Source: Deltaproteobacteria bacterium (GTDB lineage Bacteria > Desulfobacterota > G020345765). From it: a stretch of DNA of 64,000 bases. Positions 39,363 to 49,194 of this stretch are shown here, in pieces. The translations under genes and the position numbers were made by a program. The notes below the pieces were generated by a model. That model had not been told where the DNA came from. It did not search any database and was given only the letters and a program-made list of their open reading frames with translations. The stretch spans positions 2,868,612-2,932,611 of the forward strand of contig CP070770.1 in assembly GCA_020345765.1 (NCBI GenBank), given 5' to 3'. The first letter of the stretch is position 1, and each line of letters starts with the position of its first letter.

Positions 39363-39806
39363 AAGAATTATTAGGACGGTGATTGGAGGATGGATAGTTG
39401 AGTCGCGAATAATGACCGTTTCCCTCGTAATTAATCCTGTCCATCGGTAAAGGGCTATTTACAGACATTACTTTTTTACATCTTATATATAACTTTTTGT
39501 AATATGGAATCCGAGGCGTGGTTGTAGAATAGGTGGATATCAAGAAATACTTTAATTTCAAGCAGTTAAAGAATTTATAAGTGTAGAAATAATATCTAAA
39601 TGCGCTCTCCCAGTAATACACTATCAACAGGAGAAACAGGGGCGGTATCCCCGAATTTACCGGAGGCGCTGTAAATAGTAATAGAGTCATTCGAAGGTAG
39701 CAGTGTCTAAGTTGTTGTTATAATTATTCTTTTTCTATTATCCGGAGATTGGGTCAAATACACTCTGCCTACCCCGCTAAAGAAACTTTTTATTCCCGGA
39801 CATTTT

Positions 39807-39822
39807 TGGCATGTAGTTTGCT
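39807..39822 (+). promoter_or_regulatory. sigma-54-type promoter TGGCAT-N5-TTGCT
   Basis: GG is at 39808-39809 and GC at 39820-39821, with canonical spacing. It lies 76 nt upstream of the SPOR-protein ATG. Confidence 0.55.
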
Positions 39823-39897
39823 AAATATATAGCAACAGTTGTTAAGGGCAAAATTGAGAGGATCATAAATTTATTAGAGCTGAAGGAGGATTGATAA

Positions 39898-40863
39898 ATG
39901 TTTGACCAGGAATCAGAGGAAAAAACCCAGGAGGGGAAAAATCTGTTTGAACAATTGATTGAAGACGATTTTTTCAAGCCGGCTGATGACGATATCTCGC
40001 CTCCGGAAAAAGACCAGAACGTTGAGGAGGCTAAACCTCGGGCAAAGTCATTCTTAGAGGAGGAAGCCCCGGTTGAACTGTTCGAAGAGGACTCCAAGAA
40101 ATTAATACCAGACGAGGAAATTCCAGTAAGAGCCTATTCCGGCAGAAAGGAGAGGAAAGGGATCGATCGGAATAAAATCGCTTTGGTTGGCGGGGGAAGC
40201 CTTGTGGTATTGTTTTGCTTGATCACCTTTGGCACCAAATACCTCGGGGCCGGGGAAGGGCAAGGCCTCGTTGAACTCCCGGGGGAACAGCACCTGATTA
40301 AACCACATGCCTCAACCGAGCTGGTTGTCCCTACACCACTACCGAAAAAGGCTGATGTAAAACCGACTGCTCCTCAAACCGTTGCGGCCAGGACAGTCTC
40401 CCAGCAGGTTCCTGAATTTACCCTGGAGGTCGGCCGGTACAGCAAGGATGAACTCGCCAGTTCCCAAAAAAAACTTATTCGGCTGGGACTATCGACTTCT
40501 ACCGTCAGAGAGAATAAGACCACCGAGGTCAAGTATGTGACAATAGACCAGAAGTTTAACAAGGACCAGGCCCGGGCGGCCTCGATAAAGCTTGATTTTG
40601 TCGGGGGAGTTAAGAACAGGATTGTAAATCAGAAAGAAGGAACATTTACCGTCCAGTCGGGGCCCTTTAGCTCAATGGGTAAGGCGGTTGAGGCCAAAAA
40701 CAAGATCTCTCAATTGGGCTTTGCTGCCCGGATAGATTTTCGATCCGCCACCAGCACAGTCTACCGCTTAAGGGCGGGGGAATTCGTTACCCGTTCCGAT
40801 ACCGAAAAAACCTCTGAGCTCTTACGGCAGAACGGCTTTGCGCCCAAAGTAATAAAGCTATAA
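39898..40863 (+). CDS. SPOR-domain (septal peptidoglycan-binding) protein
   Basis: 321 aa. It has an acidic N-terminus, one TM segment (IALVGGGSLVVLFCLITFG) and two SPOR-like repeats (FTLEVGRYS...; FTVQSGPFSSMGKAVEAKNKISQLGF). Confidence 0.75.
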   Translation: MFDQESEEKTQEGKNLFEQLIEDDFFKPADDDISPPEKDQNVEEAKPRAKSFLEEEAPVELFEEDSKKLIPDEEIPVRAYSGRKERKGIDRNKIALVGGGSLVVLFCLITFGTKYLGAGEGQGLVELPGEQHLIKPHASTELVVPTPLPKKADVKPTAPQTVAARTVSQQVPEFTLEVGRYSKDELASSQKKLIRLGLSTSTVRENKTTEVKYVTIDQKFNKDQARAASIKLDFVGGVKNRIVNQKEGTFTVQSGPFSSMGKAVEAKNKISQLGFAARIDFRSATSTVYRLRAGEFVTRSDTEKTSELLRQNGFAPKVIKL

Positions 40864-40893
40864 TGATCACATGAAGGTTGGGGCCGAGGATGT

Positions 40894-42087
40894 TTAGGTC
40901 CGGTAGGCGGCGTTAATCTTTACGTAATCAGGGGTGAGGTCGCAGGTGGAGATCTCCGCCTTGGCTTTACCCAGGTTCAGGTCAACGGTAATCCGCAGCC
41001 GCTTATTTTTAAGAACCCGGCCCGCTTTCTTTTCCGCCTCCTCGCCACTGCTTACTCCCTTCCTTACTAACTGAAGATTATCGAAGTAGATATCGATCCT
41101 TTCCGGGTTGAGGGAGACCCCCGCGGAACCTGCCGCTGCCAGGATCCTTCCCCAATTGGGATCCTCCCCGAAAATAGCGGTCTTGACCAAGGGGGAATTA
41201 GCCACTTTGAAGGCAACCGCCCGGGCATCGGCCTGACTCCGGGCACGCTTGACCAGGATCCTCACAAACTTGGTGGCTCCCTCTCCGTCCCTAACAATCG
41301 CCTCCGCCAACTCAGCCATGACCTCTTTCAGCAGTGCCTGAAAGCTCTTGAAGTCCCGGGTACCGGAAGCTATTGTCCGGTTCCCCGCGGTACCGTTTGC
41401 CAGGATCAGGGCGGTATCGTTGGTACTCATATCGCCATCAATGGTTATCCGGTTAAAGGAGTTTTCCACTCCCCAGCGGAATGCACTCCTGAGCGACCTT
41501 CTATCAATGGCGGCATCAGTGACCAGAAAGGCGAGCATCGTTGCCATCCGGGGCTGGATCATCCCCGCTCCTTTGGTGATCCCGCCGAGGGTAATCTCTT
41601 GCCCCCCGATCCGGGTTTTCCGGGAGCTGATCTTGGAAAAGGTATCGGTGGTCATTATCGCTTCGGCTGCCTGCCGGAGATTGCCGGAGGACAGGGAACC
41701 GGTCAGTCGGGGTATTGCCCTGGTGATCCGGTCCATCGGCAGGGGTCGGCCGATTACCCCGGTAGAGGCAACCATAACCAGTCTTTCGTCAATCCGGAGC
41801 AGCCTGGCGGTCTCCCGGGCCATCCGGGCGGCATCGCTTATTCCCCGCTTACCGGTACCGGCATTGGCATTACCGCTGTTGATAATGATCGCCTGGCAGC
41901 GATTTCGCCTGAGCCTCTCCTGATCCAGAATAACGGAGGCACTCTTTACCCGGTTGGTAGTGAAAGTCCCGGCGGCTTGCGCCGGGACGGTAGAGTAGAT
42001 AAGGGCAAGGTCTTTTTTGCCGTTCTTTTTTATCCCGGCTGAGATCCCGGCAAATTTAAAGGAAGGTAAACGGAAGCTTTTTTTCAT
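40894..42087 (-). CDS. argJ: bifunctional ornithine acetyltransferase / N-acetylglutamate synthase
   Basis: 397 aa. The autoprocessing/active-site region is GITKGAGMIQPRMATMLAFLVTDA. Confidence 0.9.
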   Translation of the reverse strand: MKKSFRLPSFKFAGISAGIKKNGKKDLALIYSTVPAQAAGTFTTNRVKSASVILDQERLRRNRCQAIIINSGNANAGTGKRGISDAARMARETARLLRIDERLVMVASTGVIGRPLPMDRITRAIPRLTGSLSSGNLRQAAEAIMTTDTFSKISSRKTRIGGQEITLGGITKGAGMIQPRMATMLAFLVTDAAIDRRSLRSAFRWGVENSFNRITIDGDMSTNDTALILANGTAGNRTIASGTRDFKSFQALLKEVMAELAEAIVRDGEGATKFVRILVKRARSQADARAVAFKVANSPLVKTAIFGEDPNWGRILAAAGSAGVSLNPERIDIYFDNLQLVRKGVSSGEEAEKKAGRVLKNKRLRITVDLNLGKAKAEISTCDLTPDYVKINAAYRT

Positions 42088-42124
42088 CGGTAAACTCTAA
42101 TGTCATTGGGATTTGATTATATAC

Positions 42125-45100
42125 CTATCCCGGACGTGCTGTCGCTTCGTTGGCAACCAGGCAACATTTTTTATATTTCTTCCCGCTCCCACAGGGACAG
42201 GGGTCATTCCTGCCAACCTTGGGTCCCTCCCTTCTTACCGGGGTTCTCTTGACCTCGGGTTCTGGAGTGTTGGCGACCAGATCGGCTGACTCCGGTTGGG
42301 GGAGCATCTGCCCGATATCCTGTCCAGACCGCGCCCGGACTGCGCGAACTACCTTCCGGTCTTCTTCCGCCCGGCGTAACCTGAAGGCGAAGATACTCCG
42401 GACGAACTCATCGTTTATCCTCGCCATCATTTCGGAAAAGATCTCGAATCCTTCCTTCTGATATTCCCGCAGGGGGTCACGTTGACCGTATCCCCGGAGA
42501 TGCACTCCCTCCTTGAGGTCGTCCATGGCATCCAGTACCTCCATCCAGTTGCGATCGATGATCTGGAGCATAACCCCCTTTACTATATGCCGATCCCAGT
42601 AGTCCTCTTCCCCGGTTATCGCGGCAATTTCTTTACTCTTTGCCTCGTATTCATCCTCGAAACACTTTAGCAGGATTTCTCTTAACTCCTCCCGGTCAAC
42701 ATCCTTCAGGGGATTAAAGACTGAGAACTGCGTCAGTTCCCGCTCGATCCTCCCGTAATCCCATTCTTCCGGTCGGCGATCGGCAGGAGCGCAAACCTCC
42801 AGTAGATCATCGATAAAATAATCAACCGATTCGAAAAGCCTCTCCCTCAGATTTTCCCCGGAAAGAAAATCCCGGCGCAGACGGTAAATTGTTTTCCTCT
42901 GCTCATTATTAACATCGTCGAACTCCAGCAGCCTTTTTCTGATGTTGAAGTTCCTCTCCACCACTTTCTTCTGGGCGTTATCAATGGCCCGGGTGACCAG
43001 CTTGTGCTCAATGATGGCATCGTTTTCTTCAATCCCCATCCGGTCCATTAACGAAGAGATCCGATCGGAACCGAATATCCGCATCAGGTCATCTTCCAGG
43101 GAAAGGAGGAATCGGGAGGAGCCGGGATCCCCCTGGCGCCCGGACCTTCCCCGCAGTTGGTCATCGATCCGGCGGGCCTCGTGCCGCTCGGTGCCGAGAA
43201 TATGCAGACCCCCTGACTTCAGAACCTCCTCCCTTTCCCGGGTACACTGATCCCGAAGGGTCTTCATGATCTTCTCGGCCTCCTCGGGAGGGGTATCCTG
43301 CTTGATCTTTACCTTGGAGAGCATCTCCGGATTTCCCCCAAGGATGATATCGGTTCCCCGGCCGGCCATATTGGTGGAGATGGTTAATGCTCCCTTCCTC
43401 CCGGCCTGGGCCACGATCTCCGCCTCGCGCTCATGATGCTTGGCATTGAGCACTTCGTGTTTGACCCCGGTCCGCTTCAATGTGCGACTCAGCCTCTCCG
43501 ATTTATCCACCGAGACTGTTCCTACGAGAATAGGTTGGCCGGTGTCGTGGATTCGCTTGATCTCCTCGACCACCGCCTTGAATTTCTGGTCTTCGGTTTT
43601 GTAGATTATGTCGGGATAATCGTTTCTTACCATCGGCTCATTGGTGGGTATTACCACCACCTTCAGTCCGTAAGTCTTGTCGAACTCCGGGGCCTCGGTA
43701 TAGGCGGTGCCGGTCATCCCCGCCAGTTTCCGATACATCCGGAAATAGTTCTGGAGGGTAATGGTGGCCACGGTCTGGCTGGCCTTGGCAATCCTGACTC
43801 CTTCCTTGGCTTCGATCGCCTGGTGAAGGCCCTCGCTGTATCTTCTTCCGGGCATCATCCGACCGGTAAATTCGTCAACGATGACCACTTCGTTGTTATG
43901 AATTACGTACTCGGTGTCTTTCTCGAAGAGGGTATAGGCCCGAAGAAGCTGATTGATATTGTGCTGCTTCCGGTTCTTCTCTTCGAGCTCCTCGTAGAGT
44001 TTCCTTTTTGCCTGTTCCTTCTCGGAAGGGGAGAGGCTTTCGTCTTCTTCGATCTCCTGTTCCTTCACCGAAAGCTCGGGGGTATCGTAGATATCCTCCT
44101 TAATCAGCCGGACCAATTCGTTCTGCCCGTCCTCGGTCAACTCGATTATATTTTCCCGCTCGCTCTTGGCATAAAGGAGTCCTTCTTCCAGATTTTTCAA
44201 TGACTTGTTTATCCGGAGGTTGTCTTCAACCCTCTCCATCTGCTTCTTGGTCTCCTTCTTTTCCGAGATGAGGTTCAAAAGGCGCTTATTCTTGGGGTCA
44301 CCCTTTTCTACCTGAAGGAGCTTGAAATATTTTTCATAACTGTCGGGATCCTCGCGGTCGTATTCCTTAGCCTCATTGAACAGCTTATCTACTATGCTTT
44401 TCTGTTTCCGGACCAGGGTTTCGATCGGGCCTTTAAATTCGTGGTAGCTGTGGGTATCCTTTTCTACCTCACCGGAGATGATCAGGGGAGTGCGGGCCTC
44501 GTCAATCAGGATGCTGTCCACCTCGTCAACGATTGCATAATGGAATTCCCTCTGGACATAGTTTTTAAGATCTTGCTTATGGTTGTCGCGGAGATAGTCA
44601 AATCCGAACTCGCTATTGGTCCCGTAAGTAATGTCACAGTTGTAGGCCTGCTGGCGTTCTTTATCGTCCATATCGTGCTGGATGACCCCGACCGAGAGTC
44701 CCAGGAACTCGTAGATTTCCCCCATCCAATGACGATCACGTCTGGCCAGATAGTCATTAACCGTGACTACGTGAACCCCCTCTCCGGTCAGGGCATTGAG
44801 GTAGACCGGCAGGGTGGCGGCAAGGGTTTTCCCCTCCCCGGTCTTCATTTCCGCGATCTTCCCCTGGTGAAGCACGATACCGCCCATGAGCTGGACATCG
44901 AAATGTCGCTGCCCAATTGTGCGGACGGCTGCCTCCCGAACTACCGCGAATGCCTCCGGCAGAAGATCGTCAAGGGTTTCTCCCTCCTTGAACCTATCCT
45001 TGAACTCCGTGGTTTTATCCTTGAGCTCGAGGTCACTTAGTTTCTGCATCCGGGGCTCAAGCTCGTTAATGATCTTGACTATCGAAGCAAACTTCCTCAG

Positions 45101-45145
45101 TTCCCGCTCGTTCTTGTTGATAATCTTTGTTAACCCACCGAACAT
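42125..45145 (-). CDS. secA: preprotein translocase ATPase SecA
   Basis: 1006 aa. It has the DEAD-like motor ([29 protein letters not shown]) and the C-terminal Zn-binding [13 protein letters not shown]. Confidence 0.95.
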   Translation of the reverse strand: MFGGLTKIINKNERELRKFASIVKIINELEPRMQKLSDLELKDKTTEFKDRFKEGETLDDLLPEAFAVVREAAVRTIGQRHFDVQLMGGIVLHQGKIAEMKTGEGKTLAATLPVYLNALTGEGVHVVTVNDYLARRDRHWMGEIYEFLGLSVGVIQHDMDDKERQQAYNCDITYGTNSEFGFDYLRDNHKQDLKNYVQREFHYAIVDEVDSILIDEARTPLIISGEVEKDTHSYHEFKGPIETLVRKQKSIVDKLFNEAKEYDREDPDSYEKYFKLLQVEKGDPKNKRLLNLISEKKETKKQMERVEDNLRINKSLKNLEEGLLYAKSERENIIELTEDGQNELVRLIKEDIYDTPELSVKEQEIEEDESLSPSEKEQAKRKLYEELEEKNRKQHNINQLLRAYTLFEKDTEYVIHNNEVVIVDEFTGRMMPGRRYSEGLHQAIEAKEGVRIAKASQTVATITLQNYFRMYRKLAGMTGTAYTEAPEFDKTYGLKVVVIPTNEPMVRNDYPDIIYKTEDQKFKAVVEEIKRIHDTGQPILVGTVSVDKSERLSRTLKRTGVKHEVLNAKHHEREAEIVAQAGRKGALTISTNMAGRGTDIILGGNPEMLSKVKIKQDTPPEEAEKIMKTLRDQCTREREEVLKSGGLHILGTERHEARRIDDQLRGRSGRQGDPGSSRFLLSLEDDLMRIFGSDRISSLMDRMGIEENDAIIEHKLVTRAIDNAQKKVVERNFNIRKRLLEFDDVNNEQRKTIYRLRRDFLSGENLRERLFESVDYFIDDLLEVCAPADRRPEEWDYGRIERELTQFSVFNPLKDVDREELREILLKCFEDEYEAKSKEIAAITGEEDYWDRHIVKGVMLQIIDRNWMEVLDAMDDLKEGVHLRGYGQRDPLREYQKEGFEIFSEMMARINDEFVRSIFAFRLRRAEEDRKVVRAVRARSGQDIGQMLPQPESADLVANTPEPEVKRTPVRREGPKVGRNDPCPCGSGKKYKKCCLVANEATARPG

Positions 45146-45176
45146 CGCTAAACCTCAGTCTTTGACATTTTTATTG

Positions 45177-45205
45177 ATTTTAACAGTTCCGGTGGAAATC
45201 TTCAA
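45177..45205 (-). promoter_or_regulatory. sigma-70-like promoter (TTGAAG-N17-TAAAAT) for secA
   Basis: On the minus strand, the -35 is the complement of 45200-45205 and the -10 the complement of 45177-45182. RBS GAGG precedes the secA ATG. Confidence 0.5.
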
Positions 45206-45214
45206 CCTTTTAAA

Positions 45215-45256
45215 GAAAATAAAAAGCCCTGGTAAGGTCTCTCACCCTACCAGGGC
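45215..45256 (-). terminator. Rho-independent terminator after the M23 peptidase gene
   Basis: The hairpin GCCCTGGTAAGG...CCCTACCAGGGC spans 45226-45256. On the minus strand it is followed by CTTTTTATTTTC (complement of 45215-45226). Confidence 0.6.
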
Positions 45257-45284
45257 AGTTTGATACCAATAAGTATTTATGCGC

Positions 45285-46193
45285 TTAATTTAAAAGATAA
45301 TTTTCAGGATTGACCGGAACCCCATTCACCCGAACCTCGTAATGGAGGTGGGGGCCGGTGCTGATTCCGGTATTGCCGACGTTTGCGATCTCTTCACCCC
45401 TTACTACCTTCTGTCCCGGCTTAACAAAGATCTTGGAGCAGTGTCCGTAGCAGGTTGATAGTCCGTAACCGTGGTTGATAAGTAACATCTTCCCGTAGGT
45501 TCCCTCGGTTCCGACATAGGTCACAATTCCATCGGCTGGGGCAATAATGGGGGTACCGATCGCGGTAGCAATATCTAATCCATCATGCATCTTCTTTTCG
45601 CCGGTAAAGGGATAGACTCGATAACCGAATCCGGAGGTGATCCATCCCCGGGTAGGCCAGATAGAAGGGGTGGAGGCCAGAAGGGAGTGCTGGTTTTCTA
45701 AGAACTCACGCAGCTCGATGGACCTCTGTTCCTGGACATTAGCCTCGTTTTTCAGTCGGTCCAACTCGTAGTGCATCCGGCTGACCAGCAGTTCCTCTTT
45801 GATCCACGGGGAGATAAGGGAGCGCTCCGTTTCGCTTGAGGAGCCTCCGATCCCCATCGCCTTGGCTCCTTTCGTTGGTTGTTCCAGGTTCGTTATTATT
45901 CTAAGTTTGGTATCGAACTGACGGAGCCGGGCCATTTCCCTTTCCAGATCCTCGATCTTGCTGGCGAACTGCATGATCTGAATTTTCTGATTTTTAGCCT
46001 GGGCGCGAAGATTCCCCAGTTCCACTATCTTTTTCTTGGCGCCGATATAATCGACCATCAAGTAGATGGAAAGGACAAAAATAGCGGTTACAAGGACTCC
46101 CCCAATCTGGAGAGACCTTCTGGGTAATTTGTATCTCCTGACCCGGGCTACCTTTTCAGGCACAATAAGAATAGTGAAAAACTTATTGTCCAC
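45285..46193 (-). CDS. M23 family metallopeptidase with coiled-coil N-terminal region
   Basis: 302 aa. It has an N-terminal TM, and the LytM domain motifs HDGLDIA and GPHLHYEV. Confidence 0.85.
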   Translation of the reverse strand: MDNKFFTILIVPEKVARVRRYKLPRRSLQIGGVLVTAIFVLSIYLMVDYIGAKKKIVELGNLRAQAKNQKIQIMQFASKIEDLEREMARLRQFDTKLRIITNLEQPTKGAKAMGIGGSSSETERSLISPWIKEELLVSRMHYELDRLKNEANVQEQRSIELREFLENQHSLLASTPSIWPTRGWITSGFGYRVYPFTGEKKMHDGLDIATAIGTPIIAPADGIVTYVGTEGTYGKMLLINHGYGLSTCYGHCSKIFVKPGQKVVRGEEIANVGNTGISTGPHLHYEVRVNGVPVNPENYLLN

Positions 46194-46411
46194 GGTTCAC
46201 TCTCCTGATGCCAGTAATATATTATTCTTTTGTTCCCAATAGTATTAAATAAACTTAAAACCTGTTTTTGTCAAGTATTTTTGATTCCTAAAAAAATATT
46301 GCAAATATAAATCCAAGATATTGTATGTTGATAAAAAAAATATCTATATATAGATGGTCTTATTTTATCCCCAATAATGCGTAAATGTGAAGTGCGATGT
46401 TTTTTAAATGG

Positions 46412-47827
46412 TTAAAACCCTTTACCAATCTGGGCGCTGAGCAAAGGCTGGTTGTCTACTTTGTTTTCCCCGATAATCAGCTTGAGGGGATGGTCGATAT
46501 AGTTTAAATACGGGACCTCATCTCCCAGTTGGTAATTGGGGGGATGGGAGAACTCTAAATAGAATCGATAATCACCCACAAATCCTTTTGCGCTGGTTAG
46601 ATCCCAGTCCTGCCACATATACCCGATATTTCCGGGTGATTGTTCGGGAGGATCCTTATCTTTTTGGTCGTCGATTAGTCCCATTTTAACTTCAAATCCT
46701 TCGATCGGGTCAGGGAACAGGGAACGGGTCATGAAAGTCCCGCAGGACCCGGTTAGTACCCTCCAGGTGTCGGGGGCCGGGTTAAAATCTTCCTCTCCGT
46801 CGTCCATTTTGCCATCAACGACGAAGCCCTGGAGATTGTTAGAATTATAGGTCATGGATCCGAGGGCATTCGGACCGTAGTCGGTTCCGAAGCGGATCAC
46901 TGCCTCTTTAAGAACAAGTTTTTGGAAGGAGCCGGGTATGTGGACGGTAACCGGGACCGTGGTTGTATTTCGGTACTGGCAGACATCAGAGAATGTTCGC
47001 ATAAGCTTAACATTAAAGAACATTCCCGCCCACTGTTCCACTCTCCTTACTACCCTGATCGGACCTCTCTTATAGGCAAGGACATCAGAGGATAGATTCT
47101 CTTCATTAAGCCTGATGGTAGGGAGGAAACGGATCTTATACCTTGGCCTTATTTTGAGCCGATCAACATAATTCTTGCCACATCCACCTGCCGAGGGTGG
47201 CATAATTTCGTATTCATAATAAGAGGAATGCAAGCCATCTTTAGTGATAATATATTTACTTTGGAAGTAATCGGTTTGAATAGATTCATTTTCGTGATCA
47301 TAATGAACATAAGGAGATTGCGAAGACAGGGAGGGTGGATTGGTCGGAAAATGAAGGAAATAGCACCATCCCTTTCCCCCGGTCAGTGGATCCACCACTT
47401 CGATCTCGATCCCGCCGGCAAATCCTTCCAGCCATTTTTCTTTCTCTGCCCGATCCCCAGTATCGGAGACCATAAATAAGAGCACATCTTGAGGGTCAAG
47501 GATCCCGTTTCCCAGATTCGCATTATTCTTCTTTCCTTCCGGCAGGACCCAATCTCCCTCTTCGGTCATCTCATCTATCTGGAAAAGGATAGGGGCAAAT
47601 TTTCCATCTCGATAGGCGTAAAGTCTCAGGTTTGAGATAAGACTGCCTAATAGTTCTTTGGGCAGTACCTCTGCCTTCATAACCACCGGGTCGGGCCAAC
47701 GGGTAATGGTTTTTACCCCATCGGTGGCGGGCTGCTCTTCTTGGGCCCAGAGGCTCTCCCCGCTTCGGGAAATGAATATCAGGAGGGAAGCAACTGCGAA
47801 GACAGCAATTTTTTTACCTGAACTCAT
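46412..47827 (-). CDS. hypothetical secreted protein
   Basis: 471 aa with a signal peptide (KKIAVFAVASLLIFISRSGESLWA). I recognised no domain. Confidence 0.55.
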   Translation of the reverse strand: MSSGKKIAVFAVASLLIFISRSGESLWAQEEQPATDGVKTITRWPDPVVMKAEVLPKELLGSLISNLRLYAYRDGKFAPILFQIDEMTEEGDWVLPEGKKNNANLGNGILDPQDVLLFMVSDTGDRAEKEKWLEGFAGGIEIEVVDPLTGGKGWCYFLHFPTNPPSLSSQSPYVHYDHENESIQTDYFQSKYIITKDGLHSSYYEYEIMPPSAGGCGKNYVDRLKIRPRYKIRFLPTIRLNEENLSSDVLAYKRGPIRVVRRVEQWAGMFFNVKLMRTFSDVCQYRNTTTVPVTVHIPGSFQKLVLKEAVIRFGTDYGPNALGSMTYNSNNLQGFVVDGKMDDGEEDFNPAPDTWRVLTGSCGTFMTRSLFPDPIEGFEVKMGLIDDQKDKDPPEQSPGNIGYMWQDWDLTSAKGFVGDYRFYLEFSHPPNYQLGDEVPYLNYIDHPLKLIIGENKVDNQPLLSAQIGKGF

Positions 47828-48074
47828 AATGCCTCCTTGTTTTACTTAGAAGCCTATAATAACTGAGTAGGCAGTTTACCCTTTTATCCAAAAGATGTCA
47901 AATAATTATCCTGGCTGGATACATGGATAAAACCAAGTGGCAAAGCGGATCTGGCAAGTTGTTGAGAGCAAATACGATAGACGATAAAGTCCGGAAGAGA
48001 GTTATAAGGGAGTTCCGGGTGGTTGACGATTTATCTGTTCTGTGTTAACTAAATGCTTGGATAAAGATAATCAG

Positions 48075-49061
48075 ATGAATTCTTTATTGAAGGAAATTGA
48101 AGAAAAGGTTTTAAATGAGATCCCTTTAGGCTCCCAGGAAGTAAGTAGCCTGACGAGCCTGGACGGGTCCGATCTTTTCGAACTTTTTGCCTTAGCTAAC
48201 CGGTTGAGGGAAAGATACCATGGTAATGAGATCAGGCTTTGTTCGATCATCAATGCCAAATCAGGACTCTGTCCGGAGGATTGTGCCTTCTGCGCCCAGT
48301 CACTTCATTCCCGGACCGATATCGATACTTACCCCTTGGTGGAGGCAAGGGAGATAATGACAGCGGCTCAGGAAGCCCAGGGGAATGGAGCGGTGGAATT
48401 TTCCATTGTAACCAGCGGCTACGGGATCAAGGATGAAAAAGAGATGAGCAATATTTGCCGCGCTCTCAGGGAATTGAAGGAGGGAGCTTCCTTGGAGCGC
48501 TGTGCCTCCTTAGGGGTGTTGGATCGGGCCGCCCTCAGGAGGCTGAAGGAAGCCGGTCTCCAGCGCTTTCACCATAATCTGGAGACCGCGCGCAGCTTCT
48601 TCAGTAAAATCTGCACCACCCACGAATATGAAGAGGATATAGAGACGGTAAGGGTTGCCAAAAAGGTCGGGCTTAAGGTTTGCTGTGGCGGGATCTTCGG
48701 GTTAGGTGAATCCTGGGAACAAAGGATAGAGCTGGCCCTCACTCTGCGGGAACTGGGGGTGGATTCGGTTCCCCTGAACTTCCTGAACCCGATCAAGGGA
48801 ACTAAATTGGAATCGGCGAATAACTTGACTCCGAGAGAATGTCTGGAGATTATTGCCCTCTACCGACTTCTCCTCCCGGAGAAGGATGTCCTTGTTTGCG
48901 GAGGGAGAGAGGTGAATCTGCGCGACCTGCAATCGCTGATGTTCTTTGCCGGGGCCAATGGGACGATGACCGGAAACTATTTAACCACTCCCGGAAGGTC
49001 ACCCCGGGAGGATCGGCAGTTGATCGAGGATTTGGGGCTGAGGATAAAAAAAATTATTTAG
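48075..49061 (+). CDS. bioB: biotin synthase
   Basis: From ATG 48075. The radical-SAM motif is CPEDCAFCAQS. Downstream are YNHNLET-like HHNLETA and GLGES. Confidence 0.9.
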   Translation: MNSLLKEIEEKVLNEIPLGSQEVSSLTSLDGSDLFELFALANRLRERYHGNEIRLCSIINAKSGLCPEDCAFCAQSLHSRTDIDTYPLVEAREIMTAAQEAQGNGAVEFSIVTSGYGIKDEKEMSNICRALRELKEGASLERCASLGVLDRAALRRLKEAGLQRFHHNLETARSFFSKICTTHEYEEDIETVRVAKKVGLKVCCGGIFGLGESWEQRIELALTLRELGVDSVPLNFLNPIKGTKLESANNLTPRECLEIIALYRLLLPEKDVLVCGGREVNLRDLQSLMFFAGANGTMTGNYLTTPGRSPREDRQLIEDLGLRIKKII

Positions 49062-49070
49062 GGAATGGCA

Positions 49071-49143
49071 TCCTTCTACGCCAAGGCTTCGGAGGACACG
49101 GAGGAGCAGCCCTATCCGCCATAGCTTTAGCGACGGCGGAAGG
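49071..49143. repeat. GC-rich imperfect palindromic intergenic element (REP-like)
   Basis: TCCTTCTACGCC...GGCGGAAGG arms lie between bioB and bioF. The sequence CTACGCCAAGGCTTCGGAGGACA resembles a class of intergenic repeats I recall from uncultivated-lineage genomes. Confidence 0.4.
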
Positions 49144-49194
49144 GACTTGAATCATCGAATCCTTGCCCCTTTGGATCCTATCTATTGTGAATAT

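Noticed and set aside
39343-39690. 115-aa minus-strand ORF in the 610-nt AT-rich spacer
   Set aside because: It would begin upstream of, and run through, the consensus promoter of the Fe-S gene. Its composition is low-complexity and Tyr/Phe/Lys-rich, typical of AT-rich non-coding DNA.
48020-48050. BirA operator upstream of bioB (GGTTGAC...GTGTTAAC)
   Set aside because: The two half-sites are in direct rather than inverted orientation. They do not reproduce the TGTAAAC-N14-16-GTTTACA-type palindrome. The sequence is equally well read as a TTGACG-N16-TTAACT promoter.
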